From IMG/VR virus record IMGVR_UViG_3300021142_000021, positions 18,376-82,375 of that record: 64,000 bases of DNA, one strand, 5' to 3'. The translations under genes were made by a program, and so were the position numbers. The notes below the pieces were generated by a model that did not search any database, was not told where the DNA came from, and saw only the letters and a list, made by a program, of their open reading frames with translations. Of the stretch, positions 32,699-42,877 are shown in pieces (the stretch's first letter is position 1; each line of letters opens with the position of its first letter). Source of the DNA: a virus.

Positions 32699-33438
32699 AA
32701 ATAGCTATATGCTTCAACGGCCATCTTAGGACAGCTCTTGCGGCAGCACCTAATTTAATAAGATACTTCGGTGAACTATCACCTTGTATAGATGTGTTTA
32801 TACATACATGGGATCTAAGTGTGGATGCGGTGTACGAAACCAACCTAGACATAGAGGATCACAATCGGCCACCTATAGAAGTAACCAGCCGAGAATTACA
32901 GGAACTCTCTAAGGTGTATAATGTCAAGGGATTTGAAATAGATAATAATGAGTTAATTATAGAGAGATTTAACTCACCAGCAACGCCCCGGTTCTATTCA
33001 TTTTATAACAGTGTAAGATTAATGACAGACTATGAAATAGCAACTGGAACAAAGTACGATGTATGTATTAAACTTAGACCCGATATTATTTTTCCTAAGA
33101 AGAGACATTTAGCAGAAGAAGTCATCCGTTTTGTACTGGATAAAAAGTCTTTCTACTCTGATAATTGTACTTTGAAGTATTGTAAACCTATTATGATAGA
33201 TGATATATTCTGGCTATCATCTCCTGATATAATGAGAAGACTAAGTCTATATTTTTTCGATAATATGTTGTTGAATATGCATTTTTTCGATTATATAAAA
33301 CTATCTAATATACAGGTTAAAGACATGGTAGGAGGGCCTTATACCATCTATAGAACAGAAGCACTAATGTTGGATCCCTTAACTGAGTTTGACGCATGTC
33401 ACGAAATTGATCGAAAACTTTTTAGGATACTACACTGA
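32695..33438 (+). CDS. Putative glycosyltransferase family A, copy 5
   Basis: GTGA-coupled start; IAICFNGHLR...IHTWD...KLRPD. Confidence 0.6.
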   Translation: MKIAICFNGHLRTALAAAPNLIRYFGELSPCIDVFIHTWDLSVDAVYETNLDIEDHNRPPIEVTSRELQELSKVYNVKGFEIDNNELIIERFNSPATPRFYSFYNSVRLMTDYEIATGTKYDVCIKLRPDIIFPKKRHLAEEVIRFVLDKKSFYSDNCTLKYCKPIMIDDIFWLSSPDIMRRLSLYFFDNMLLNMHFFDYIKLSNIQVKDMVGGPYTIYRTEALMLDPLTEFDACHEIDRKLFRILH

Positions 33439-34244
33439 TGAAGATTGCTGTATGCCTTAGTGCCCAGATAAGAACCGGTATCGACGCTGCACCTAATATA
33501 TTAAATTACTTAGGTGATTTATTACCTGATATAGATTTCTTTATACATACATGGGATAAAGAAACTATTTCTTACTGTGAATTAAATGAAAATCTGATGT
33601 TACCTAATATCTTTGATGTTACCGAACCATCTGTAGGAAATATGATATCGGCTCATCTTACGATGCCTGTAGGTAAAATAGATAAATTTCTAGACATATA
33701 TAAACCTAAAAAGTTTAAAATAGATAATCAAGAAACATATATTCAATCTCTGACAAGGCCTGGACCACCCGCCTTGTATTACAGTATGCATGAAGTAAAT
33801 GCGTTAAAACAAGAATACGAACGAGAGAATAATTTTACCTATGATGTTGTAATCGCTACGCGGCCAGATTTAATCTTCAGTTCAGATAAACACCTCGGTG
33901 ATGATCTAAAATCTATGGATTTAAACTCTAATCATATATACGGATTACGATGGGATAAAACACCAATTAATCTATTTGAGAATATATGTTTCACAGGTAG
34001 ATCAGATATTATAGATATTTCTACTAATTTTATTAATTGGGACCCTTCTTTTTTCGATACCACAGATACTCAAGAATTACATTATCGATATCTAATAGAG
34101 AATAATATTCTTCCATGCGACATAGCTTCTAAAGAGTTTATCGTGTACAGGTATTATCAGAAGTATTTGCATAGTCAGGGTAAGTCATATGATTCGATAA
34201 TTAAAGAATGGGTAGGTCCCTGTGGTAAAGGACTATATCAATGA
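33438..34244 (+). CDS. Putative glycosyltransferase family A, copy 6
   Basis: IAVCLSAQIR...IHTWD...ATRPD. Confidence 0.6.
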   Translation: MKIAVCLSAQIRTGIDAAPNILNYLGDLLPDIDFFIHTWDKETISYCELNENLMLPNIFDVTEPSVGNMISAHLTMPVGKIDKFLDIYKPKKFKIDNQETYIQSLTRPGPPALYYSMHEVNALKQEYERENNFTYDVVIATRPDLIFSSDKHLGDDLKSMDLNSNHIYGLRWDKTPINLFENICFTGRSDIIDISTNFINWDPSFFDTTDTQELHYRYLIENNILPCDIASKEFIVYRYYQKYLHSQGKSYDSIIKEWVGPCGKGLYQ

Positions 34245-34975
34245 AGATTGCTGTATGCTTTAGCGGACACTTTAGGGCGCCTTATGCTTCGTCTGTGAAC
34301 CTAAAAAGATACTTCGGTGAATTATTACCTGATATAGATGTCTTTGTTCATACATGGGATACAGACGGATATCGACCTTGGCTAGATGAAAAACAACATC
34401 TAGGACAGAATATCGTTATTCAAGAAACAATAACTGATAAACATCTAGAATATCTTTCTAAGATATACAATATAAAATCTTACGAGATCGAAAAAGAACT
34501 TGCTGGCGGTCTTAAGCACGGAATATCACCACTGTATTATTCATTCTATAAAAGTATAAGATTAATGACAGACTACGAAATAGCTACAGGCATTGACTAC
34601 GATGTGTGTATTAGACTTAGATTAGATACTATTTTTCCGCCAGCCCGGAGACTAAATACAGAGATCGTTAACTTTATAGAAGATAAGAACTCTTTCTATT
34701 CCGATAATTGCGAAGTTGTCGACAACGAAGTAATTAGGATAGATGAATTATATTGGATAGCATCTCCTAAAATAATGAGTCGTGCATCTTTATTTTTCTA
34801 TGATAATACATTATTAGATATGAGATTTTTTGAATACCTAAAGCATTCTAGGGTTAATATAAAAAATATGAAAGCGAGGGGATATACTATTTACAGACCA
34901 GAAACATATGGTTATCACCCAGTAGAAGAGTATGATACATGTTTCGACATAGATGCATTATATTATAAACCATGA
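34241..34975 (+). CDS. Putative glycosyltransferase family A, copy 7
   Basis: IAVCFSGHFR...VHTWD...RLRLD; close to copy 5 (RLMTDYEIATG shared). Confidence 0.6.
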   Translation: MKIAVCFSGHFRAPYASSVNLKRYFGELLPDIDVFVHTWDTDGYRPWLDEKQHLGQNIVIQETITDKHLEYLSKIYNIKSYEIEKELAGGLKHGISPLYYSFYKSIRLMTDYEIATGIDYDVCIRLRLDTIFPPARRLNTEIVNFIEDKNSFYSDNCEVVDNEVIRIDELYWIASPKIMSRASLFFYDNTLLDMRFFEYLKHSRVNIKNMKARGYTIYRPETYGYHPVEEYDTCFDIDALYYKP

Positions 34976-35607
34976 ACAATTTATACGTATACGGATGTAG
35001 TTTCAGTGAACCTTTTGGATTAGTGCCAGACGGAATCGCAACCATCAATGAAGATCTTACTCGAGATTTCCATGGAGTAGATTTCTGGGGGACACATTTA
35101 GCAGAGAGATTAGGGATAAATTGTATCTCTAAGAGCTGCGCTGGCCGAGGGTGGAATTACATAAATGATCGAATAGATGAAGATATAATAAGTTGGTCAA
35201 AGGATGATATTATTATTATTTCTCCTAGCTATTTTAGTAGATCAACCATTGAAGAATTTATCGATCCCGCATGTCAACACAATCTTGTAGATAGATTTAA
35301 ATCATGGGATGAAATAACCTTATATAATGAATCTAGATGGTGTCATAAAATTAAAACCTTACAATATCTAGGATATAAGGTATATACATGGGCAGTAGAA
35401 CCCACAAGATATGTCGGTGAAGTTAAAAACTTAATACCGGCAGACGGATTTTATAACTGGAAAGACTGGATGGATCAACATATGGAATATTGGCAAGATC
35501 CTACAAGAAATAAGTATCCGGGCGGAGATTGGCATTTTAATCCAATCTGCCATGTAGCTGTAGCTAACATAATGTACGAATTTATAACAAGATGTCAACC
35601 GCTATAA
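34972..35607 (+). CDS. SGNH/GDSL-like protein, copy 3
   Basis: YGCSFS...DWHFNPICH. Confidence 0.55.
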   Translation: MNNLYVYGCSFSEPFGLVPDGIATINEDLTRDFHGVDFWGTHLAERLGINCISKSCAGRGWNYINDRIDEDIISWSKDDIIIISPSYFSRSTIEEFIDPACQHNLVDRFKSWDEITLYNESRWCHKIKTLQYLGYKVYTWAVEPTRYVGEVKNLIPADGFYNWKDWMDQHMEYWQDPTRNKYPGGDWHFNPICHVAVANIMYEFITRCQPL

Positions 35608-36344
35608 TAGTATCGGGTGTGATGCGTAATATGATTAATGCATCTAGTAGCTGGAGAAGTCTCCCGGGTGATTTCCATTTGGTAATAGATAGAGGTATCT
35701 ATAAGTCGCAAGGCAGAGAATTAGTAGGATATGCCGTAGATTCTTTAGCATATAACCTTAATAATTCTTCTGTCGAATTTAAATCTATTAATATATGTAC
35801 GGCAGATGAAATAAAAGAGTCTCATCCTAAATTATATCTTCATCCTACCATAGAGATGATATGGAAGTGGAGATACGCATATCATCTAATTCAATCTTAT
35901 CAATTAGAGAATTACGATAAGATATTACTTATACGGCCCGATCTATATACACAATTTGTTCAGCCCGTATCCAAATTAGATGATATAATACTAGAAGATA
36001 ATTATATATCTTCTACATCATTTATATACACAAAGAATGGTAGTCCGCACGCTAGTGATCTATTCCTGTATTGCAACATGCAAACATTTGGTGTCTTAAG
36101 TACATTGTACGAATATGCGGTGGAACATAGTTATACAGAAATACATAGTCTATTCGGTCAATTCCTGATAGATAAGAAAATAAAATTAGATAATAAACTC
36201 ATTGATGTAATACAGAACATAGTATTAAGAGACGATACGACTGATCATATGTTTGAAAATGGTCAATTAAGACACGGGTATAGCATTAATGATTTAGCAG
36301 AAGAAAAAAATAAATGGGATAACAAAATATGGAAAAAGCAATAG
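35592..36344 (+). CDS. Putative glycosyltransferase family A, divergent copy 8
   Basis: AIIVSGVMR...YDKILLIRPD. Confidence 0.5.
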   Translation: MSTAIIVSGVMRNMINASSSWRSLPGDFHLVIDRGIYKSQGRELVGYAVDSLAYNLNNSSVEFKSINICTADEIKESHPKLYLHPTIEMIWKWRYAYHLIQSYQLENYDKILLIRPDLYTQFVQPVSKLDDIILEDNYISSTSFIYTKNGSPHASDLFLYCNMQTFGVLSTLYEYAVEHSYTEIHSLFGQFLIDKKIKLDNKLIDVIQNIVLRDDTTDHMFENGQLRHGYSINDLAEEKNKWDNKIWKKQ

Positions 36345-37126
36345 TAGTTTGTGGTGATAGTTTTAATGTCGGAATAGGGTGTCGCGATTTAAAGAACGAA
36401 CCGTATGGTGCATTATTAGGTAAAGAACTAAATAAACCCGTAATTAATTTGGCAAAAGGTTCTAGTACCAATTTTAGTATATATCTGCAGGCAAAATATG
36501 CTGTAGATAAATTAAAAAATAAAACAGATTTAGTCCTAGTATCAAATACAAGCTATGATAGAGTAAATTGGTTTCCAGTCGACTTTGAACATAAGAATGC
36601 AGAAATAACAAATACTGTCGTAAATTATCATCAGTATCCTCCGTATGGCCCGGCCAGTTATATCACCCTACTAGACAATCCGATGAAGGATGATCCAGAA
36701 TATACAGGTGAAATGTTTACTGAAAATTATATGGGTGTAATCGATTATTGGGAGAATTTTGCGTCTAAGAATAGAGAATCAGGGTATTACAGAAGATTCA
36801 AAGATGAACCTAAAGAAAGAACAAAGATATTATACGATTTTGCTGCAAGCATACATGATCCAAGAATAGATCGTATACAATGTATAGGTGTTCTAACAAT
36901 GGCACATCAGTTACTGAAAAGGGCTGGGATAAGACACCTAATGCTAATAGATGATGTTAAAGAATATAGCAAATTTATGGATCCAACTAATCTAGTATAT
37001 GTCTCGTGGGGAGAATTAAGTAATAATTATCCGGACGATCTACCAAGTCTGCATACTTCTGCTGTCGGGCAACGTGTTGTATTTGATTCTGTTTTAACTA
37101 AACTAAAGGAAAATTCGTGGATATAA
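36329..37126 (+). CDS. SGNH/GDSL-like protein, copy 4
   Basis: CGDSF...NLAKGSSTN...SLHTSAVGQ. Confidence 0.55.
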   Translation: MEKAIVVCGDSFNVGIGCRDLKNEPYGALLGKELNKPVINLAKGSSTNFSIYLQAKYAVDKLKNKTDLVLVSNTSYDRVNWFPVDFEHKNAEITNTVVNYHQYPPYGPASYITLLDNPMKDDPEYTGEMFTENYMGVIDYWENFASKNRESGYYRRFKDEPKERTKILYDFAASIHDPRIDRIQCIGVLTMAHQLLKRAGIRHLMLIDDVKEYSKFMDPTNLVYVSWGELSNNYPDDLPSLHTSAVGQRVVFDSVLTKLKENSWI

Positions 37127-38256
37127 AAAAAATTCCTAGAATAATTAATATAGATTCTAACCAGCAACCTGAAATTGAACATCTATATACCTTTAAAGAT
37201 TTTCCGGTTTTTATGGGAACTACTGAAAAGAGCATCGACGACGATTTAAGAGCAGATATGAATATCTATATCAATAAGATTGATGGTATGCTACAGGTTA
37301 ATCCGGTACTACCATTAGATATTGTTTACCAGCATGAACATAACTCTGGTACCACAGGAAAGGTATGGAAAGATCATCATTCAGAGTTAGCATTATTCCT
37401 GAGTAAACAAAAGCCACAGGCTATATTTGAAATAGGAGGTGCCCACGGTATTCTATCAAAAGAATATACATATGATAAGATTCCCTGGACAATCTTAGAA
37501 CCTAATCCTTCGCCAACTGAAAATTGCACGGCTACGTTTATCAAAGGATATTTTGACAGGGACTTTAAGTTTAATAAGTATTTCGATACTGTTGTTCATT
37601 CTCATGTATTTGAGCATATGTATAATCCCGATGAATTTATATCCTTGCTATCAACACTGATAGATGATGGTAAGAAGTTAGTATTCTCTATCCCAAACAT
37701 GAAAGGAATGTTAGAAAGAAAGTATCTAAACTTCATGAACTTTGAACATACATTCTATCTCGGTGATGAACATGCAGAATTCTTATTAGCGAAATATAAA
37801 TTTAGAATAGTAGATAAAACCTACTACACAGAAGATCATAGCATATTCTATTCTGTAATTAAAGATACAACAGTTACACCTATACAGATGCCCGTCGGCA
37901 TCTATGAAACGAATAAAATATTATTTTCAGAATATATAGATCATTATACAGCTCTTGTTGATAAACTTAATCAGCAAATTTCTATATCAAATAGTCCTGT
38001 CTACCAATTTGGCGCTCATGTATTTTCCCAATATTTAATAAATTTTGGATTAGATATTACGAAGATAGTATCCTTGTTAGATAACGATGTATCAAAACAA
38101 GGTAAAAGACTATACGGAACTACACTCTATGCAGAATCTCCTAAGGTGCTTAGGGGTATAAAGAATCCTATTGTATTACTTCAAGCTGGACCATTCTCAA
38201 ATGAGATTAAGAAAGATATCTTAGAAAATATCAATTCAACAACCATATTTCTGTAA
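37117..38256 (+). CDS. SAM-dependent methyltransferase (NDP-sugar C-methyltransferase-like)
   Basis: FEIGGAHG, SHVFEH, FEHTFY, LDNDVSKQGKRLYGT. Confidence 0.75.
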   Translation: MDIKKIPRIINIDSNQQPEIEHLYTFKDFPVFMGTTEKSIDDDLRADMNIYINKIDGMLQVNPVLPLDIVYQHEHNSGTTGKVWKDHHSELALFLSKQKPQAIFEIGGAHGILSKEYTYDKIPWTILEPNPSPTENCTATFIKGYFDRDFKFNKYFDTVVHSHVFEHMYNPDEFISLLSTLIDDGKKLVFSIPNMKGMLERKYLNFMNFEHTFYLGDEHAEFLLAKYKFRIVDKTYYTEDHSIFYSVIKDTTVTPIQMPVGIYETNKILFSEYIDHYTALVDKLNQQISISNSPVYQFGAHVFSQYLINFGLDITKIVSLLDNDVSKQGKRLYGTTLYAESPKVLRGIKNPIVLLQAGPFSNEIKKDILENINSTTIFL

Positions 38257-38286
38257 CACATTTACGAAATACAGATTAAATATACA

Positions 38287-38294
38287 TATAAATA
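38287..38294 (+). promoter_or_regulatory. Late promoter TATAAATA
   Basis: Exact T4-type late consensus in an intergenic gap. Confidence 0.65.
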
Positions 38295-38309
38295 GTACGG
38301 AGATACATC

Positions 38310-38768
38310 ATGACAATTATACAACTCATTCAACCGAAATTCGTAAAAAAACCGTGGGGTCACGAATTATGGATTGCAGATGGTGTAAGAACACCATACG
38401 CAAATAAAAAGATATTATTCAATGCAGGTAACCAAACAAGCCTTCAAGTTCATAAGCACAAATATGAAACAAGCTATGTTATAAGCGGTACAGGCATACT
38501 TCTTCTATCAGATAAGTTCTTTAATGTAGATTTATATGTTAATGGAAATATGTCAGCAGAAGAAATAAAAGATCACATTGATAGTTTGAGATCGGTACCT
38601 TTATCCCCAGATGTAATTTTCGATATATCGCCTGGCCACTTACATAGAGTGGTAGCAACCACAGATCTAACCTTCATGGAAACAAGTACAGCAGAATTAG
38701 ATGATGTCATGCGACTATTAGATGATACAAATAGGCAGAATGGTAGAATCGATGCAGAACACAAATAA
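38310..38768 (+). CDS. Cupin sugar isomerase (mannose-6-phosphate isomerase-like)
   Basis: KPWGHE...SLQVHKHKYET...PGHLHR...ETST. Confidence 0.8.
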   Translation: MTIIQLIQPKFVKKPWGHELWIADGVRTPYANKKILFNAGNQTSLQVHKHKYETSYVISGTGILLLSDKFFNVDLYVNGNMSAEEIKDHIDSLRSVPLSPDVIFDISPGHLHRVVATTDLTFMETSTAELDDVMRLLDDTNRQNGRIDAEHK

Positions 38769-39378
38769 TTCTACCATCTTCAATAGATTAGTAGTATTCG
38801 GGTGTAGTCATACTGTTGGCCAATTTCTTCCTGGATGGGAACCCGAACCCGGTGAGCAAGGTATACTTAGTAATCTTGCCTGGTCAAATCATCTTGCAGA
38901 ATATCTAAATATTCCTGAAATAATTAATAAGGCATCCGGTGGTAACTCCAATCATGAGATCTTATTAAATATAATGAATTTTAAATTCTTACCAGGTGAC
39001 CTATGTGTAATATGCTGGTCATATGCTAACAGAGAAATTCTATTCGACTATCATGAAGCCACCGGGTGTATAAGAACATCGGTTCTATTACATATCGATA
39101 AAGATGATACTTTTTTTAAAGTGCATTCTATGCACGATCTAGAATTTAGAAGTAGAGAATATATCAATCATGCCACTCTATTATTAAAGAGTGTTGGAAT
39201 AGAATATCGAATGGGGAAGATAGAAAACTGGGTGTCTAATAAAAATATAAACTGGTCAGACTATTCATATGACGATTTTCTATCTTTCGTAGTATCGGAT
39301 TTCGGATCAGACGGATATCACCCCGGCGTGATATCTCATAAAGAATTTGCAAAGAAAATATATGAATCATTTAAATAA
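38752..39378 (+). CDS. SGNH/GDSL-like protein, copy 5
   Basis: FGCSHT...GGNSN...DGYHPGVISH. Confidence 0.6.
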   Translation: MQNTNNSTIFNRLVVFGCSHTVGQFLPGWEPEPGEQGILSNLAWSNHLAEYLNIPEIINKASGGNSNHEILLNIMNFKFLPGDLCVICWSYANREILFDYHEATGCIRTSVLLHIDKDDTFFKVHSMHDLEFRSREYINHATLLLKSVGIEYRMGKIENWVSNKNINWSDYSYDDFLSFVVSDFGSDGYHPGVISHKEFAKKIYESFK

Positions 39379-40894
39379 TCTAACAGTCCTTATACTTGCA
39401 GCTGGTTACGGCCGACGTATGGGACCGTTCTCGCGCATGGTAAACAAGAGTCTTATACCGTACGATAACAAGCCACTAATTAGTCACATTATGGGCAAAT
39501 TTAGCTCTAATACAAGATTTGTTATTGCGTGTGGCAACATGGGGCAACAGGTTAAAGATTACGTCTCAAATGTGCATTCTGAGAAAAATATCGTTTACGT
39601 GGATATTCCAGAATTCGACGAAGGTAATACAGGTCCTGCCACCACAATTAGGTACTGTTCAGATCATCTACCAGGTAGTTTTTTATGGATTACATGCGAC
39701 ACATTATTTGAATTTAATTTCGAAGATAAGCTAGATCATAATTGGATTGCTGTGCATCCTGTTGATAGTAGTGTATCACAGGATTATTGTTGGGCTCAAA
39801 GAAACGGAAACGATATAGTTGATATCAAGAACAAAGTAAAATCGGCTAGTGCGGTTGATGCATTCATTGGTCTCATGTATGTCAAGGATAAGGAATATAT
39901 TCAGTACCTGATTGATGCTAATGCAAAAGAAACGTATGAAGGATTCAAACCTGCGCTTAATTTAAAAGCATATACAGTTGAAGAATGGCAAGATTTCGGT
40001 ACATATGAAAAATGGCAAACGTTGAGTGAAGGTCTGCCCGAGATAAGTTTTCCGAAGCCCGATGAATTATTTTATTGTGATAATGGTAAGATTATTAAGT
40101 ATACAACAAATGAAAAATTATCAACTCTTAGATATAATCGTGCCTTATTAAATCCTGGTTGTATGCCCACCAATGTTGAGAAACATAATAACTTCCTTAT
40201 CTATGACTATACAGAAGGCAAAACAATGTACACCTGTTTGACGCCTGAAATATTTTCTAAATTCATGGGATGGGCTGAAGAGAATCTCTGGATTCATGCA
40301 GAGACATTTGGAGATACTGTTGCTTATGCTGATGATTTTTATCGTAAGAAAACACTCGATCGTTTAGGAAAATTTAGAATAAAGTATAGCACATGGGTAG
40401 AATTTCCGGTAGTTAATGGTCGTGACGTAAAATCAATAGATGAGTATCTTGCCGACATTGACTTTGCTTGGCTTGCATCAGAGACAAACTGGTGCTTTAC
40501 ACACGGTGATATGCAGTTTGATAACATCATATACAATGACGGAAAATTTACAGCAATAGATTGGAGAACAGATTTCGCAGGAGATCAGTACGGTGATATG
40601 TATTATGATCTATCTAAGATGCTCGGCGGATTGTATTTGAGCTATAAAGCAGTAAAAGAGGATAAGTTTACATACAGAGAACTCAGTGATCAAGTTATCA
40701 TCGATTACCCCATGGTAGACAATATAAACTTGTATGTTACTCAGCTTCACGAGTGGGTATTGGCAAGAGGACATGACTGGGACAAAGTAAAAACACTTGT
40801 GCCTATTATATATCTTAATATGTCTCCTTTACATGAAGCGCCATTTGATAAATTTTTAATCGCATTGGCACAACTCTTCTTTTCACAACTATAA
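39362..40894 (+). CDS. Nucleotidyltransferase fused to an APH/choline-kinase-like phosphotransferase
   Basis: LAAGYGRRM...NKSL; C-terminal HGDMQFDNI...IDWR...YYDLSK. Confidence 0.8.
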   Translation: MNHLNNLTVLILAAGYGRRMGPFSRMVNKSLIPYDNKPLISHIMGKFSSNTRFVIACGNMGQQVKDYVSNVHSEKNIVYVDIPEFDEGNTGPATTIRYCSDHLPGSFLWITCDTLFEFNFEDKLDHNWIAVHPVDSSVSQDYCWAQRNGNDIVDIKNKVKSASAVDAFIGLMYVKDKEYIQYLIDANAKETYEGFKPALNLKAYTVEEWQDFGTYEKWQTLSEGLPEISFPKPDELFYCDNGKIIKYTTNEKLSTLRYNRALLNPGCMPTNVEKHNNFLIYDYTEGKTMYTCLTPEIFSKFMGWAEENLWIHAETFGDTVAYADDFYRKKTLDRLGKFRIKYSTWVEFPVVNGRDVKSIDEYLADIDFAWLASETNWCFTHGDMQFDNIIYNDGKFTAIDWRTDFAGDQYGDMYYDLSKMLGGLYLSYKAVKEDKFTYRELSDQVIIDYPMVDNINLYVTQLHEWVLARGHDWDKVKTLVPIIYLNMSPLHEAPFDKFLIALAQLFFSQL

Positions 40895-41718
40895 TGTTTT
40901 CAGATATAGACAATTATTACTCTCATCTCATTACGCTCAGATCAATGCATAATGTTGAATGGGCAGACTACGATGTTATAGAGAACTATAAAGAATCAAC
41001 TCTAGCAGGCCCCAATCCCTACGGGTTACATGATATTAGTTACAAATATAATATAGACGGATTTCGATGTGATGACTTCAACCTATCATCTGAATTACCT
41101 ATTTTATTTATGGGCTGTAGTTTCACAGAAGGTACGGGATTACCTATAAATCATATTTGGGCTAATTTATTATTAGAAAGAATTAAAGTACATACAGGTA
41201 AGAATATACCGTATTGGAATACTGCATTATCGGGCGCATCTATAGATGCAATGGCCAATGGCCTATATTGGTTTGATAGAAAATTTGCTGTCGACTTAAA
41301 ATATATAGTAATGCTATGCCCTCCCTTTCAAAGGAGAGAATATCTATACGGTGATGGCAAGATTAAAACATGGTATAATCCGATAGGAATTGCCACCGAT
41401 AATGATGCAGTTAACAGTTTATTCATGGATAGAAATTTCTCATACTATAGAACAGGTGTTGATTTAATGCTGATAGATTCTATAAGAAGAAGAACGAATG
41501 CCTCAGTAATATATTCGTCCTGGAAGATGCCGGGTACCGAAACCGAAAACGAAACTGCATTTATAAAAAGAAATTGCCCCGATTTTAATTATGTAAACTT
41601 TCCTGCTATAGAAAAGTTTAATACAACTACAGCAAGAGATGGTGAGCATTTCGGCGTGGATATGCATAACAAGATATGTGATTATTATTGGGACGAATAT
41701 TTCGTAAAGAATCTATGA
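40894..41718 (+). CDS. SGNH/GDSL-like protein, copy 6
   Basis: YNIDGFR...MGCSFTEG...ARDGEHFG. Confidence 0.6.
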   Translation: MFSDIDNYYSHLITLRSMHNVEWADYDVIENYKESTLAGPNPYGLHDISYKYNIDGFRCDDFNLSSELPILFMGCSFTEGTGLPINHIWANLLLERIKVHTGKNIPYWNTALSGASIDAMANGLYWFDRKFAVDLKYIVMLCPPFQRREYLYGDGKIKTWYNPIGIATDNDAVNSLFMDRNFSYYRTGVDLMLIDSIRRRTNASVIYSSWKMPGTETENETAFIKRNCPDFNYVNFPAIEKFNTTTARDGEHFGVDMHNKICDYYWDEYFVKNL

Positions 41719-42410
41719 AAGAGTTTTATAGTCTAAGTAGATATCCGGGTAAGACAGGAGAACATTTCTTTAACTCTATGTTTAAGAAATTTGATATGCC
41801 ATATACCTATACTGCTTTAGCCTGTGATAATATTGCAGATGGAGTTAAACAAATGAAAGAATGTGATGCTGCAGGTTTCAGTATTAGCATGCCATTCAAG
41901 ACAGATGTTATAAAACAAATAGACTTTGTAGAAAATACAGTTTCTCGATTTGATAGCTGCAATACAGTATATAAAGAACGCGATGGTCTACACGGATACA
42001 ATACAGATTACTTTGGTGCATATCATGTACTTCAACAGCTACCGGAAAACTCTAAAGTAAGTATTCTAGGCGATGGCGCAATGGGATCTATGTTTAAGAA
42101 AATACTAGATGATAGAGCACTTGTATATTCAAGAAGATTAGGAAACTGGGAATATAGATATAGGGCAGATGATGTTGTCATCAACTGTACCTCATATGGT
42201 ACAGCGGCACAAGATTCCCCTTTTAATATATTACCGCCAGTGAAATTAATAATCGATCTTGCAATTAAGCCAAACCAGTTAGAACAACAGGCCGCGGCGG
42301 CAAATGTTAAATACGTAGGCGGTATGGAGTTCTACAAGCGTCAGTTTATCAGACAATTCGGAATCTATACAAAAAAATTAATTACAATAGAAGATGTGAA
42401 TAGTATATGA
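41715..42410 (+). CDS. Shikimate dehydrogenase-like oxidoreductase
   Basis: SISMPFK, CNTV, GYNTDYFG, LGDGAMG, INCT. Confidence 0.8.
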   Translation: MKEFYSLSRYPGKTGEHFFNSMFKKFDMPYTYTALACDNIADGVKQMKECDAAGFSISMPFKTDVIKQIDFVENTVSRFDSCNTVYKERDGLHGYNTDYFGAYHVLQQLPENSKVSILGDGAMGSMFKKILDDRALVYSRRLGNWEYRYRADDVVINCTSYGTAAQDSPFNILPPVKLIIDLAIKPNQLEQQAAAANVKYVGGMEFYKRQFIRQFGIYTKKLITIEDVNSI

Positions 42411-42877
42411 TTAAACACTTGGTAATGGATGTTGATGGTGTCCTTAATACAGGGCACTTTTTCTATAGTGCAGAAGGAAAGATATTTAAAGCATTTGGAC
42501 CGCACGATAAAGACGGTATAAAGATTGCTCAGAAATTAGGACTGACTATTGATTTCATTACAGCCGATGCTAATGGATGGGAAATAACCTGTGCTAGATT
42601 AATTAAGGATTGGGGATTCACAAATTCAAATGTTCACCTTGTTACCGAAGGTGATAGATTAGGATGGATTGAAAAACAATATAATCTAGAAGAAGTTGCA
42701 TATATCGGTGACGGGATTCATGATGCACCTATATTGGCTAGAGTAGCTGTAGGTATAGCACCAAAGAGTGCAAGAAGAGAAGCGATTGCTTCAGCCGATT
42801 ATGTGACAGAAAGTGATGCAGGATCTGGTGCAGTATTAGATGCTGTGCTTATATTACAATCTATTATTAACAGATGA
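42407..42877 (+). CDS. KdsC-like HAD phosphatase
   Basis: MDVDGVL...YIGDGIHD...GSGAV. Confidence 0.8.
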   Translation: MIKHLVMDVDGVLNTGHFFYSAEGKIFKAFGPHDKDGIKIAQKLGLTIDFITADANGWEITCARLIKDWGFTNSNVHLVTEGDRLGWIEKQYNLEEVAYIGDGIHDAPILARVAVGIAPKSARREAIASADYVTESDAGSGAVLDAVLILQSIINR